A DNA stretch of 64,000 nt, from positions 1,728,001 to 1,792,000 of the forward strand of contig OZ219754.1 of assembly GCA_964291295.2 (NCBI GenBank), written 5' to 3'. The stretch is from an uncultured Candidatus Binatia bacterium. GTDB taxonomy: Bacteria > Desulfobacterota > Binatia > UBA9968 > JAJDTQ01. Under the pieces are notes generated by a model. The model did no database searches. It was given only the letters and a program-made list of their open reading frames with translations, and was not told the origin of the DNA. Below are positions 38,776-47,391 of this stretch, piece by piece; positions within the stretch are counted from its first letter, which is position 1, and each line of letters opens with the position of its first letter. The position numbers and the translations under genes are program-made.

Positions 38776-39636
38776 TTACAGCGCCACCGCCGATTCGTAG
38801 GGCTCGTCCAGGGGGGTGTCCTCGCCGAAGAGTTTCCGCGTCGCGATCCAGCGGTGTGTCTTCTCGTAGACCTCCCGGGTGTAGGGCTCGAAGACCATGC
38901 GCTCGCCGACGCCCATGGCGTTGACCTCCACCAGTTCGTGGTACTTCTCGGGCAGTTCCTTCAGGAGGTAGTGCCGGTAGCGCTCCGGTTCCATGTCGAT
39001 GTCGCGTTGCGCGCGTTGCAGGGCGTTGAAGTATTTCCTCGCGTCCTCTTCATCCGCGTCCGGCTCCAGCAGGAAACCGATCATGAAGGTGGTATCGACG
39101 ATCTTCCGGAAACCCTGCTGCTCCAGCACATACATGGGCGCGCCGAAAACGTTGCCCGCCGGCACCTCGCGGTCGAGCAGCCGCGCCATGCGGTCCAGCG
39201 GCCGGCCGGCGAACTGAAGCTTGATCTCCGAGGAATCAAGGATCGGCTCCAATGCCTGCAGCGCCGAAAAATGGCTCCCGGAGTGATACCCCACCGCGAT
39301 CTCGACATTGGCCAAGTCCCGGGGTTTGCGGCATTCGGACTCGGGCGGCACGTAGATGCCCGAGGGGGTGACCGAATAGGCATGCCCCCACATGCGGCCA
39401 TGTTGCCCGGTGGCGGCCACGTTGACCATCCAGTGACAGGCCGAACTGACCTCGCAGGCGCGCCCGTCCTTCATGTCCTCGAGGGCGCCGTGGCGAATCT
39501 CCCTGGATTCCTCCGACTGCTGCGAGACCAGGCCGTGGATGAACTCGTAGTCCAGTCCTTCGTCTCTGAAATACCCCAGATCCTCCGCCACCCACTCCTG
39601 CAGTCTGCCGTGCGGTTGTATGCGAAATATTGCCAT
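38776..39636 (-). CDS. ABC-type substrate-binding-like protein (NMT1/SsuA-like)
   Basis: WVAEDLGYFRDEGLDYEF, DLANVEIAVGYHSGSHF; GGAGG RBS; no obvious signal peptide. Confidence 0.7.
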   Translation of the reverse strand: MAIFRIQPHGRLQEWVAEDLGYFRDEGLDYEFIHGLVSQQSEESREIRHGALEDMKDGRACEVSSACHWMVNVAATGQHGRMWGHAYSVTPSGIYVPPESECRKPRDLANVEIAVGYHSGSHFSALQALEPILDSSEIKLQFAGRPLDRMARLLDREVPAGNVFGAPMYVLEQQGFRKIVDTTFMIGFLLEPDADEEDARKYFNALQRAQRDIDMEPERYRHYLLKELPEKYHELVEVNAMGVGERMVFEPYTREVYEKTHRWIATRKLFGEDTPLDEPYESAVAL

Positions 39637-39904
39637 GTTCCGTTCCCTCCCAAGCACTGGTTTTCGACTCGCACCTGGATGATTCACGTTAGTCCAGGGA
39701 GAGTTGCGCGTCAAGATGGAAAGGAGCCTGCGCGGGAACGATTTCGTGGCGCCATCGGCGGCTGGCGACCGTGCCGTCCGGCGGCGCCCCTCGCGGGACG
39801 CGGGCCCGGTTGGAATGGAACCCAGGGGGCGTATCCACGATGACGGGGCTTCCCGCCCGCGGGCGGGAAGCCCCGTACCCCGCGAGGTGGGGCGAGGCCG
39901 TGGA

Positions 39905-40552
39905 TCAGCGGCCCTCCTTTACCACCTCGACGGGGTCGGAAACACTCTGCCCGCCGCCGGTGGTTTCCCCGGGCGAGGTCACGAAGATCTGGTCCGCGTT
40001 GACCTGTCCGGGGGTGGCGCGGCTGGGTCCGTGCCAGGCGAAGTCGGCCGGAGAGTTGCCCGACCCCCTGAGCTGAAGCGAATGGCCGGCTTGCGTATTG
40101 TTGGTTTCACGGACACCGATGTCCGTGGCCGCAAGCCCTTCGGCCGGTCCCGAGGTTGCGGTAAAGCCGCCCTCGTAGCTCACGAACTCGACCACGTCGT
40201 TTGCCGGGTTGACCAGCGCGATGCCGTCCGGGGCGCCGTTCTCGATGCGGCTGACGGGAAACGACATCGTGCCATAGCCGGTCTGCTGGTCGGGAATGGA
40301 GCCCTCCAGGGGTATGGTCCGGTACGGCGCGCCGTTCTTGCCGTTGTAGAGCACGAGGCTCCACCCCTTCAGGTCGGTGCCGGCCGGACCGGCCACCTCC
40401 AGGGCCTCGTCGGCGTCGGTGCCGCGGTTGTCGTAGTGGATCTCGTTGATGAACACGTTCTGCCCCCACGCGGGCCACCCGGCCCCCAGCCACACTCCCA
40501 GGATCGTTGCGGCCCACAGCCAGGGCCCCAACCTTGTCGGAACTTTGCGCAT
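39905..40552 (-). CDS. Secreted lamin-tail-domain protein
   Basis: Signal peptide, then VFINEIHYDN..D...EVAGPAGTDL.GWSLVLYNG, NGAPDGIALV, ATPG. Confidence 0.8.
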   Translation of the reverse strand: MRKVPTRLGPWLWAATILGVWLGAGWPAWGQNVFINEIHYDNRGTDADEALEVAGPAGTDLKGWSLVLYNGKNGAPYRTIPLEGSIPDQQTGYGTMSFPVSRIENGAPDGIALVNPANDVVEFVSYEGGFTATSGPAEGLAATDIGVRETNNTQAGHSLQLRGSGNSPADFAWHGPSRATPGQVNADQIFVTSPGETTGGGQSVSDPVEVVKEGR

Positions 40553-40871
40553 GGTTGCACCTCCTTCGCGCAAGACGTCTGATAATGCCGGGTTCATGCG
40601 CCCCGGCCCCTGCAGAACAAGATCGCCGGAAAGGCCGGAAACTTTAGCGCAGGGTGTGCGATTCCGGATCGGGCCGGGGAACGGAAGCCGTCCGGCGGCC
40701 GTGCCGAAGGACGGGCAGGGGGATCGGTTCACCAGACCCGACCGCCACGGCTCGGCGCCGACCCGCTTCAGGGCGTCCGGCGGTTCGCCGGCCCGGCCGG
40801 CGCACGGTCGCTGCGCGGCGCCGGTGTCTCCGGGAAGCGTATGGTCGGCCACGCCCGGGACCGGGTGGGAT

Positions 40872-40970
40872 CATGTCCGGGAAAGCTGCATGTCCGGGAA
40901 AGCTGCATGTCCGGGAAAGCTGCGCATCGACAGATGTGGATCACGATGCAGCTGTGGATCACGATGCAGA
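40872..40970. repeat. Tandem repeats: 17 bp x3 and 18 bp x2
   Basis: CATGTCCGGGAAAGCTG x3 (40872-40922); TGTGGATCACGATGCAG[C/A] x2 (40935-40970). Confidence 0.9.
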
Positions 40971-41003
40971 ACTGTTATGAACCGGGATGGGGTTCCGGAC
41001 CGG

Positions 41004-41900
41004 ATGCGGATCTTTGCCATATCCGACGTGCACGTGGACTACGCCGAGAACATGGACCTGCTGCAGGCGTTGTGCGGGTCCGGCCACCTGCGCGACACCT
41101 TGCTGCTGGCGGGGGACGCCACCGACGATCTCGCCCGGTTGGCGCGGCTTCTCCGGGTGGTCCGGGACCGGTTCGCGCACGTGTTCTTCGTGACCGGAAA
41201 CCACGAACTTTGGGTCCGGCGCGGGCAGCCGGGCGATTCCGTGGCAAAGTTCGAGAAGATCCTGCGCCTGTGCGCGGACCTCGGGGTGGGCACGAGTCCG
41301 GCCAAGGTCCGTTCCGGTCCGGCGGACCCCGGAGCCTGGGTCGTGCCGCTGTTCTCGTGGTACGTCAAGCCCGAGCAGGGCGCGGACACCCTGTTCGTTC
41401 CCGGTCGGGGCGACGAACCCAGCCTCCCCATGTGGGCGGACGAGGTCCTGACCCGGTGGCCGGAAGGCCTCCGGGTGGCGGACCATTTGCTCGACAGGAA
41501 CGAGCGCCATCTCCGCGGCGACTACGACGCGCCGGTGGTGTCGTTCAGCCACTTCCTGCCCAGGAGGGAGTTGATGTTCCGCTCGGCGGCGGCGCTGCCC
41601 CCGCGGGCGGGCCGGGCGAGGCGGTTCAACTTCAGCCGGGTCGCGGGCAGCGCCCGGCTCGACGCCCAAGTCCGCGCGCTGGGCTCGGCACTCCACGTCC
41701 ACGGCCACCAGCACCGCAACCGCGACCGGGTCATTGACGGCGTGCGCTATGTCTCCAACTGTCTGGGCTACCCGCTGGAGCGGGCCCGCGGCGAGATCGG
41801 TGAACCGTGCGGGACCCTGAAGCTGGTGTGGGACACCGGCGGCGGTCCGCGTGCGGCGGCTCCCGCCGGGGCGGCCGCCCGCGAGTTGCTCAGTGAATGA
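41004..41900 (+). CDS. Calcineurin-like metallophosphoesterase
   Basis: ISDVHVD, LAGD, TGNHELW, FSHFLP, HGHQH. Confidence 0.88.
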   Translation: MRIFAISDVHVDYAENMDLLQALCGSGHLRDTLLLAGDATDDLARLARLLRVVRDRFAHVFFVTGNHELWVRRGQPGDSVAKFEKILRLCADLGVGTSPAKVRSGPADPGAWVVPLFSWYVKPEQGADTLFVPGRGDEPSLPMWADEVLTRWPEGLRVADHLLDRNERHLRGDYDAPVVSFSHFLPRRELMFRSAAALPPRAGRARRFNFSRVAGSARLDAQVRALGSALHVHGHQHRNRDRVIDGVRYVSNCLGYPLERARGEIGEPCGTLKLVWDTGGGPRAAAPAGAAARELLSE

Positions 41901-42651
41901 TCCCGCCGCCTTCCACCACCAGCAACTGCCCGGTCATGAAGTCGCTGTCGGCGCTGGCCAGGAAGAGCGCGGTGCCGGTGACGTCCTCGGGCAACTGGAT
42001 GCGCTTGAAGGCCCGGCGGCCGGCGCTGCCGGAACGCCGCTTGCGGATCTCGTCGGTGACCACCTCCTCACTCATGGTCGAGCCGGGTGTCATGCAGTTC
42101 ACGTTGATGTTCCAGTCGCCGAGCTGCCGGGCCATCACCCGGGTCAGGCCCACCACCCCGCCCTTGGAACTGGTGTAGGGAGGCATGTTGCTGGTGCCGT
42201 TCAGGAAGGTGCCGGACGCGATGTTGATGATCTTCCCCGACTTCTGCGCCTTCATCACCGGAATGACCGCGCGGCAGCACATGAAGACGCCCTTGAGGTT
42301 CACCTCCATGACCCGGTCCCACTCGTCGAGCGGGCAGTCCTCCACCCGGCCCATCCACATGTGCCGGGTCACGTAGATGGCCGCGTTGTTCAGCAGAACG
42401 TCGATGCGCCCGAACCGTTCGAGGGTTTCCGCCACCAGTCCCTCGATGCTGCCGTACTTCGTCACATCCGTGGTTCTGGCCCAGCCCGTCCCGCCAGTCC
42501 GGTTCAACTCCCCGGCAACGGACTCGCCCGCCGCGCCGTCGATGTCGGCGATGACGACCCGCGCGCCTTCGCCGGCGAACCGCTTGGCGTAGGCCTTTCC
42601 GAGCCCGTGTCCGCCGCCCGTGATGAGGGTGACCTTGTCCTTGAGTCGCAT
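41890..42651 (-). CDS. SDR-family oxidoreductase
   Basis: TGGGHGLG, NNAA, YTSSK, TGQLLVVEGG. Confidence 0.92.
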   Translation of the reverse strand: MRLKDKVTLITGGGHGLGKAYAKRFAGEGARVVIADIDGAAGESVAGELNRTGGTGWARTTDVTKYGSIEGLVAETLERFGRIDVLLNNAAIYVTRHMWMGRVEDCPLDEWDRVMEVNLKGVFMCCRAVIPVMKAQKSGKIINIASGTFLNGTSNMPPYTSSKGGVVGLTRVMARQLGDWNINVNCMTPGSTMSEEVVTDEIRKRRSGSAGRRAFKRIQLPEDVTGTALFLASADSDFMTGQLLVVEGGGIIH

Positions 42652-42792
42652 GGCAGCCTCCCGTTTCGGATGGCCGCGAGTATAGCACGCCGGACCACGC
42701 CGCCCCCCGTGCGCCGATTGATCTGTCCGCCCCCGCGGGCGTAAATGGAAGGATGCGGCGACGCCGCGCATCCGGACGCGAGGAGGTTCACC

Positions 42793-43224
42793 GTGCAGTT
42801 CGTTCGATTGTTCACCGGCGACGACGGCCAGTCCCATTTCGAGGATCTCGATACCAGCGCCGCGGGCGGCTACTTCTTCGAGACGCTGCCGGTCACCGCC
42901 CTGGTACTGAAGAACGATCCGGCAACGCACTTGGGAGACTTTCACAACGCGCCGCGGCGTCAGTACTGCATCACCCTCTCGGGCTCGGCGGAGATTCGGG
43001 TCGGCGACGGCACCTCGCGAACCTTCGTGGCGGGCGACGTCTTTCTCGCCGAAGACGTTTCCGGGCAGGGGCACAGGCTGGTGCCGCGGGACTGGGCGAG
43101 GGCGTTCGTGCACATCGATTGGAAGAGAGAAGCGCGCCTGGCGGAAGACGGACCGTCAGGCGAAACGGCGTTGGGGGCAACCTGTTCCGCGCCGGCATGG
43201 AAAGGAGAGATGGATGAGCAGTGA
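42793..43224 (+). CDS. Cupin-like hypothetical protein
   Basis: RLFTGDDGQSHFED, HNAPRRQY, GDVFLAEDVSGQGH; AGGAGG RBS. Confidence 0.75.
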   Translation: MQFVRLFTGDDGQSHFEDLDTSAAGGYFFETLPVTALVLKNDPATHLGDFHNAPRRQYCITLSGSAEIRVGDGTSRTFVAGDVFLAEDVSGQGHRLVPRDWARAFVHIDWKREARLAEDGPSGETALGATCSAPAWKGEMDEQ

Positions 43225-43726
43225 GGAAACGACCCCGGTCAAGGTCAGGAAACTCGGCCATGTGGTGTTCAACGTGAGCGATGTCGAGCGCAGCACCCGG
43301 TTCTGGACCGAGATCATGGGTTTCAAGGTGTCCGACGTGAACGAGCGCGGCATGGTCTTCCTGAGGAACGGGGCCGACCACCATGCGGTCGCGCTCTTCC
43401 CGTCCGACTTCAACAAGGGGCAGCCCGAGCCGGGCCAGGTCGCTTTCAACCATTGCGCCCTGGAGGTGGGCAGCGTCACCGATCTGTTCCGGATTCGCGA
43501 CTTTCTCAAGGCCAAGGGTGTCCCCATCGTTTACGAAGGCCGCCGGGGGCCCGGCTGCAACCCCGGAGTGGAGTTCACCGATCCTGACGGCTTCCAGATC
43601 GAACTCTATGCGACCATGGACCAGATCGGCTGGGAAGGCGAAAGCCGGCCGGCGGAGCAATGGTCCCGGGCCACCTCCCTTGAGGAGGTGCTGGAGAAGC
43701 CGATCCCGGGCGTGAGCTACGAGTGA
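43214..43726 (+). CDS. VOC (glyoxalase/extradiol dioxygenase) family protein
   Basis: KLGHVVFNVSDVERS, DHHAVAL, NHCALEV, FTDPDGFQIEL. Confidence 0.88.
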   Translation: MSSEETTPVKVRKLGHVVFNVSDVERSTRFWTEIMGFKVSDVNERGMVFLRNGADHHAVALFPSDFNKGQPEPGQVAFNHCALEVGSVTDLFRIRDFLKAKGVPIVYEGRRGPGCNPGVEFTDPDGFQIELYATMDQIGWEGESRPAEQWSRATSLEEVLEKPIPGVSYE

Positions 43727-43808
43727 TCAGCCGGGTCGGACGGCCCGGCGGTCCGGGGACTCGCGGCTGCGGCACCGCCGCGCCCGGCGGCACCGCTGAC
43801 GGGCAACG

Positions 43809-44264
43809 GTGGAGGTGATCATGCCGGCCGTGGGGGCGCCCCGGGAAACCGGGCGCCTGGTGCGCTGGCTCAAGCGGGAAGGGGACACCGTCACCAGGGG
43901 CGCGAGGCTGATGGAGGTGGAGACCGACAAGCCGGCGGTGGAGACCGAAGCGCCGGTCTCCGGAGTCCTGTCCCGTGTCACCGCGTCTCCGGACGACGAT
44001 ATCCCGGTGGGGCAGGCCACGGCGCTCATCGTCGAGCTGTCGGGGCGGCACCTTCACGGCATCCAGTCGCGGCATGTTCGGCGTCGACCGCTCCACCGCC
44101 ATCATCAATCCGCCGCAATGCGGCATGTGGTCCGGGTGGCACCCCGCGTGGTGCCCCACGGTGATGGCATCGCGGTCCGGTTCATGATGACCACGACGCT
44201 GTCCGCCGACCATCGCGTCGTGGACGACGCCATCGGCGTCCGCTTCCCGCAGCGGGTCCGGTAA
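43809..44264 (+). pseudogene. Internally deleted dihydrolipoamide acyltransferase (E2) remnant
   Basis: Lipoyl domain EVETDK joined to catalytic-domain fragments GGTFTASSRGMFGVD..TAIINPPQ (other frame) and LSADHRVVD. Confidence 0.75.
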
Positions 44265-44303
44265 CGCCTGGATGCGATATAGGGATATGGGCGCCCCGCC
44301 CGG

Positions 44304-45398
44304 TTACATCCCCGGCCAGCTCTCCATGGGGTCGGTGGAGCGCACCAGGTGCATGCCGGCGGAGGCTGCCTGGTCCAGGGTCTGCTCGGCGGCGCCGGTG
44401 AAGTCGGCGGCGGTCTCGCCGGTCTCCGTCCGCACCACCACAGACGACATGCAATCGGTCATGATGTAGACCTTTCGCGCCAGCGACGGATTCTCCCGCC
44501 GGATCTCTTCCATCATGTCCTGGACGGTGCTCCTCACGCAGTGGCTTGCCGCCTGTCCGGCGACGATCAGGGCGTCCGCCTCCAGCAGGGTCTTGCGGAA
44601 TCGGACGTTGCGCTCCGCCAGGACGCCGCCGTCCCAGGTGGTCAGGACTTCGGGGCGCAGCACCGAGTAGTTCTCCGTGAGGTCGTGGGATCCCTTGATC
44701 TCGGTCCAGGACTGCGACACCCGGACCAGGGAGTGCAGGGTCCTGGCTTCGTCCACCACGCCGGTGACCGCATGGCCGGGGCTTCCCACCAGGCAATGCG
44801 GCGGCCACAGGTAGAGGGTGTAGCGTCCGCCCGCGGCCAGTTCGCGGTTGTAGAAACGGCACTGCTCCGCCAGCCAGTCGTAGCCCTTGTCGGTGATCCA
44901 GGAGGTCATGGCGCGGTTGGGTGCGACGTCTTCCCTGAGCACCTTCCCCAGGGGGTCGATATTGACCAGCCGTCTGGCGTCGCCGCCGTCCACCGTGATG
45001 AGGGTGTGGGGCGACAGCGGCTCACCGTGAGAGTCCACCCAGAACCAGGGAAAGAAGATCTGGAAGTTGTGGTGGCTGTCGAGGGTGCAGCGGATGTGGC
45101 TGATCCGCGCAAGGTTCCGGTAGATGAACTCGGCGATGCGCCGGTTGTCCTCCACCGCGCCCCGGCCGCTGCGACCGCCGACGTAGAGCGTCCCCTCCGG
45201 ATGGCAGAAATCGCGCTGGACGTCGATCAGGAGCAGGTCGATGCGCCGGGCGTCCGCCGCCGCCGCCGCGATCCCGTATTCCCGCCGGAAACGGTTGGCC
45301 TCCTCGAAGACCGCCATGCGGTCCGGACAATAGGAAAAGTCGCCGGCGTGGTCGGCACGATACCACCGGGGCGTCTCGCGAATCTCGGCCGGTATCAT
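44304..45398 (-). CDS. Nicotinamidase/isochorismatase-like cysteine hydrolase (long form)
   Basis: LLLIDVQRDFC, TLDSH, WPPHCLVGSPGH, KG..TENYS, AGQAASHCV. Confidence 0.85.
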   Translation of the reverse strand: MIPAEIRETPRWYRADHAGDFSYCPDRMAVFEEANRFRREYGIAAAAADARRIDLLLIDVQRDFCHPEGTLYVGGRSGRGAVEDNRRIAEFIYRNLARISHIRCTLDSHHNFQIFFPWFWVDSHGEPLSPHTLITVDGGDARRLVNIDPLGKVLREDVAPNRAMTSWITDKGYDWLAEQCRFYNRELAAGGRYTLYLWPPHCLVGSPGHAVTGVVDEARTLHSLVRVSQSWTEIKGSHDLTENYSVLRPEVLTTWDGGVLAERNVRFRKTLLEADALIVAGQAASHCVRSTVQDMMEEIRRENPSLARKVYIMTDCMSSVVVRTETGETAADFTGAAEQTLDQAASAGMHLVRSTDPMESWPGM

Positions 45399-45487
45399 GA
45401 TTCCATTCTAACAGCCGCCCGAATGCCGGCAACCGTGGCCCGGGTTCCGCCTTCACCGGCCACCGGCCTTGTGACATAAAGGACGTC

Positions 45488-46345
45488 ATGGCGGCCCGCT
45501 GGATCGAATTGTCCATCCAGGCCCACGGCCCGGTACAGGACACGGTGTCCAACTTCCTGGTGGAGCGGGGCTCCACCGGCATCGTCTGCGCCCACCGCTC
45601 CATGCGCGCGTTCTTCCCGGACACGGTGGACCTGACCCTCCTCAAGACCATGGTCCGCCGCTACCTGCACGGGCTCCGGGACATCTTCCCGGAATCGCCC
45701 CCGGGCCGGGCGCGCTGGCGGGTGATGGACGGCAAGGACTGGAACCAGGCCTGGCGCCGGCGTTTCAGGCCCCGGAGGATCGGCCGGCGGTTTCTGGTGA
45801 CGCCGCCGTGGATCCGCCCGAAGGGCGGCCATCGGCGGGTGATCTTCATCGAACCCGCCATGGCCTTCGGCACGGGGACTCATGAAACCACGCGCTGCTG
45901 TCTCGAGTTCATCGACGAGCTCTGCGCCGGCGTCGTGCCCGCCAGCGCACTGGATGTCGGCACGGGCTCCGGCATCCTGGCCATCGGCATGGCCCGCCTC
46001 GGGGTGCGCGAGGTGCTGGCCCTGGACAACGACCCCGTGGCCCTGGAGGCGGCCCGGGAAAACCTCCGGCTCAACGGCATGGACGGCGCGGTGTCGCTGA
46101 GTGATGCGGGCGTCGGGCGCCTGCGCCGCCGGTTCCCGCTGGTGGTGGCCAACATCATGCTGGAAACCCTGGTGGCGCTGGCCGGCGCTCTGGAGCAGCG
46201 CGTGGCCGCCGGCGGCGCGCTGATTCTCTCGGGCCTGCTGCACGATCATGTGCCGTTGGTGGTGCCGCACTTCCGGGGGTTCCGGCCAGTGCAACACCGG
46301 CAGCGCAGGGAGTGGAGCACGCTGCTGCTCCGGAAGGCGCCATGA
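45488..46345 (+). CDS. prmA: Ribosomal protein L11 methyltransferase
   Basis: IEPAMAFGTGTHETT, LDVGTGSGILAI, VANI, LILSG; upstream of rsmE. Confidence 0.92.
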   Translation: MAARWIELSIQAHGPVQDTVSNFLVERGSTGIVCAHRSMRAFFPDTVDLTLLKTMVRRYLHGLRDIFPESPPGRARWRVMDGKDWNQAWRRRFRPRRIGRRFLVTPPWIRPKGGHRRVIFIEPAMAFGTGTHETTRCCLEFIDELCAGVVPASALDVGTGSGILAIGMARLGVREVLALDNDPVALEAARENLRLNGMDGAVSLSDAGVGRLRRRFPLVVANIMLETLVALAGALEQRVAAGGALILSGLLHDHVPLVVPHFRGFRPVQHRQRREWSTLLLRKAP

Positions 46346-47124
46346 GCCTGCCGCGTTTCCTCGTGCGGCCCGACGCGGTGCGCGGCGGCGCCGCCACGGT
46401 CGGCGGCCAGGAGCTTGAACACATGCGCCGGGTGTTGCGGCTTCGGCCCGGCGCCCGGGTGTTGCTGTGGGACGCGGCCGGGACCGAACACGAGGCCGTC
46501 ATCCGCGCCTATGACGGTGGTGCCGCGGCCTTGACCGTGTTACGGTCCTGCCACCCCGAGCGGGAGTCGCCCTTGGCCGTCACCCTGGCCCAGGCCGTGG
46601 GCAAGGGCGACAAGATGGACCGGGTGGTGGAGAAGGCCACGGAACTGGGGGTGAACCGTGTGGTGCCGCTGGTCTCGTCGCGTACCATCCCGCGCGTCGG
46701 CGGCGAGAGGAGGCACCGGGGCGAGGAGGGGGACCGTGGCGACAGGGGCGAGCGGCGGCGTGAGCGCTGGCAGAAGATTGCGGCGGCGGCCGCCCGGCAA
46801 TCCGGGCGTACCCGGATCCCCGAGGTGCTGGCCCCGGAGGGGTTCGAGGCGCTGCTCGCCCGGGACTGGCGGTGCGACGCCCGGCTGCTGTTCCGGCAAG
46901 GCCCGTCGGCACGGCGGCTGGCCTCGTTGAAGGATGAGTTCGGAAGCCTTCGGTCCGTGCTCGTGGTGGTGGGTCCGGAAGGCGGCTTCAGCGAGAGCGA
47001 GGCGGCAAGGGCTGCGGCCCATGGATTTCACACGGTCGGATTGGGACCGCGCATCCTGCGCACGGAGACCGCGGGCGCGGCGGCGGTCTGCGCGGTGCAG
47101 TTGCTGTGGGGAGACCTGGGGTGA
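46342..47124 (+). CDS. rsmE: 16S rRNA m3U1498 methyltransferase
   Basis: HMRRVLRL, KATELGV, VGPEGGFS, LGPRILRTETA. Confidence 0.93.
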   Translation: MSLPRFLVRPDAVRGGAATVGGQELEHMRRVLRLRPGARVLLWDAAGTEHEAVIRAYDGGAAALTVLRSCHPERESPLAVTLAQAVGKGDKMDRVVEKATELGVNRVVPLVSSRTIPRVGGERRHRGEEGDRGDRGERRRERWQKIAAAAARQSGRTRIPEVLAPEGFEALLARDWRCDARLLFRQGPSARRLASLKDEFGSLRSVLVVVGPEGGFSESEAARAAAHGFHTVGLGPRILRTETAGAAAVCAVQLLWGDLG

Positions 47125-47166
47125 GACGGGAGCGGGCGAGAACTCTGGCGAAACAGGAGGCGGGTC

Positions 47167-47361
47167 ATGGACAAGGACACCGAGGAGACCGTAAGACGGA
47201 TGCTGGCCCGTGCCGGCCTTGAAATGGCCGGCAGCGACCGGAAGCGCTTGATGCCGATGCTGGAAACCTTCATGGAGAGCCTGGAGAAACTGCACTCCAT
47301 AAACCTGGCCGGCGAGCAGGTGGGCGGAGTCTTTCGGCCCGAGACGGACGAGGACCGGTAG
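47167..47361 (+). CDS. Small GatC/AtzG-like amidase partner protein
   Basis: 64 aa helical protein ending in EQVGGVFRP, directly upstream of an amidase; GGAGG RBS. Confidence 0.65.
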   Translation: MDKDTEETVRRMLARAGLEMAGSDRKRLMPMLETFMESLEKLHSINLAGEQVGGVFRPETDEDR

Positions 47362-47391
47362 CGGCGGTTCGACCGCCAGCGAGGAACGGAC

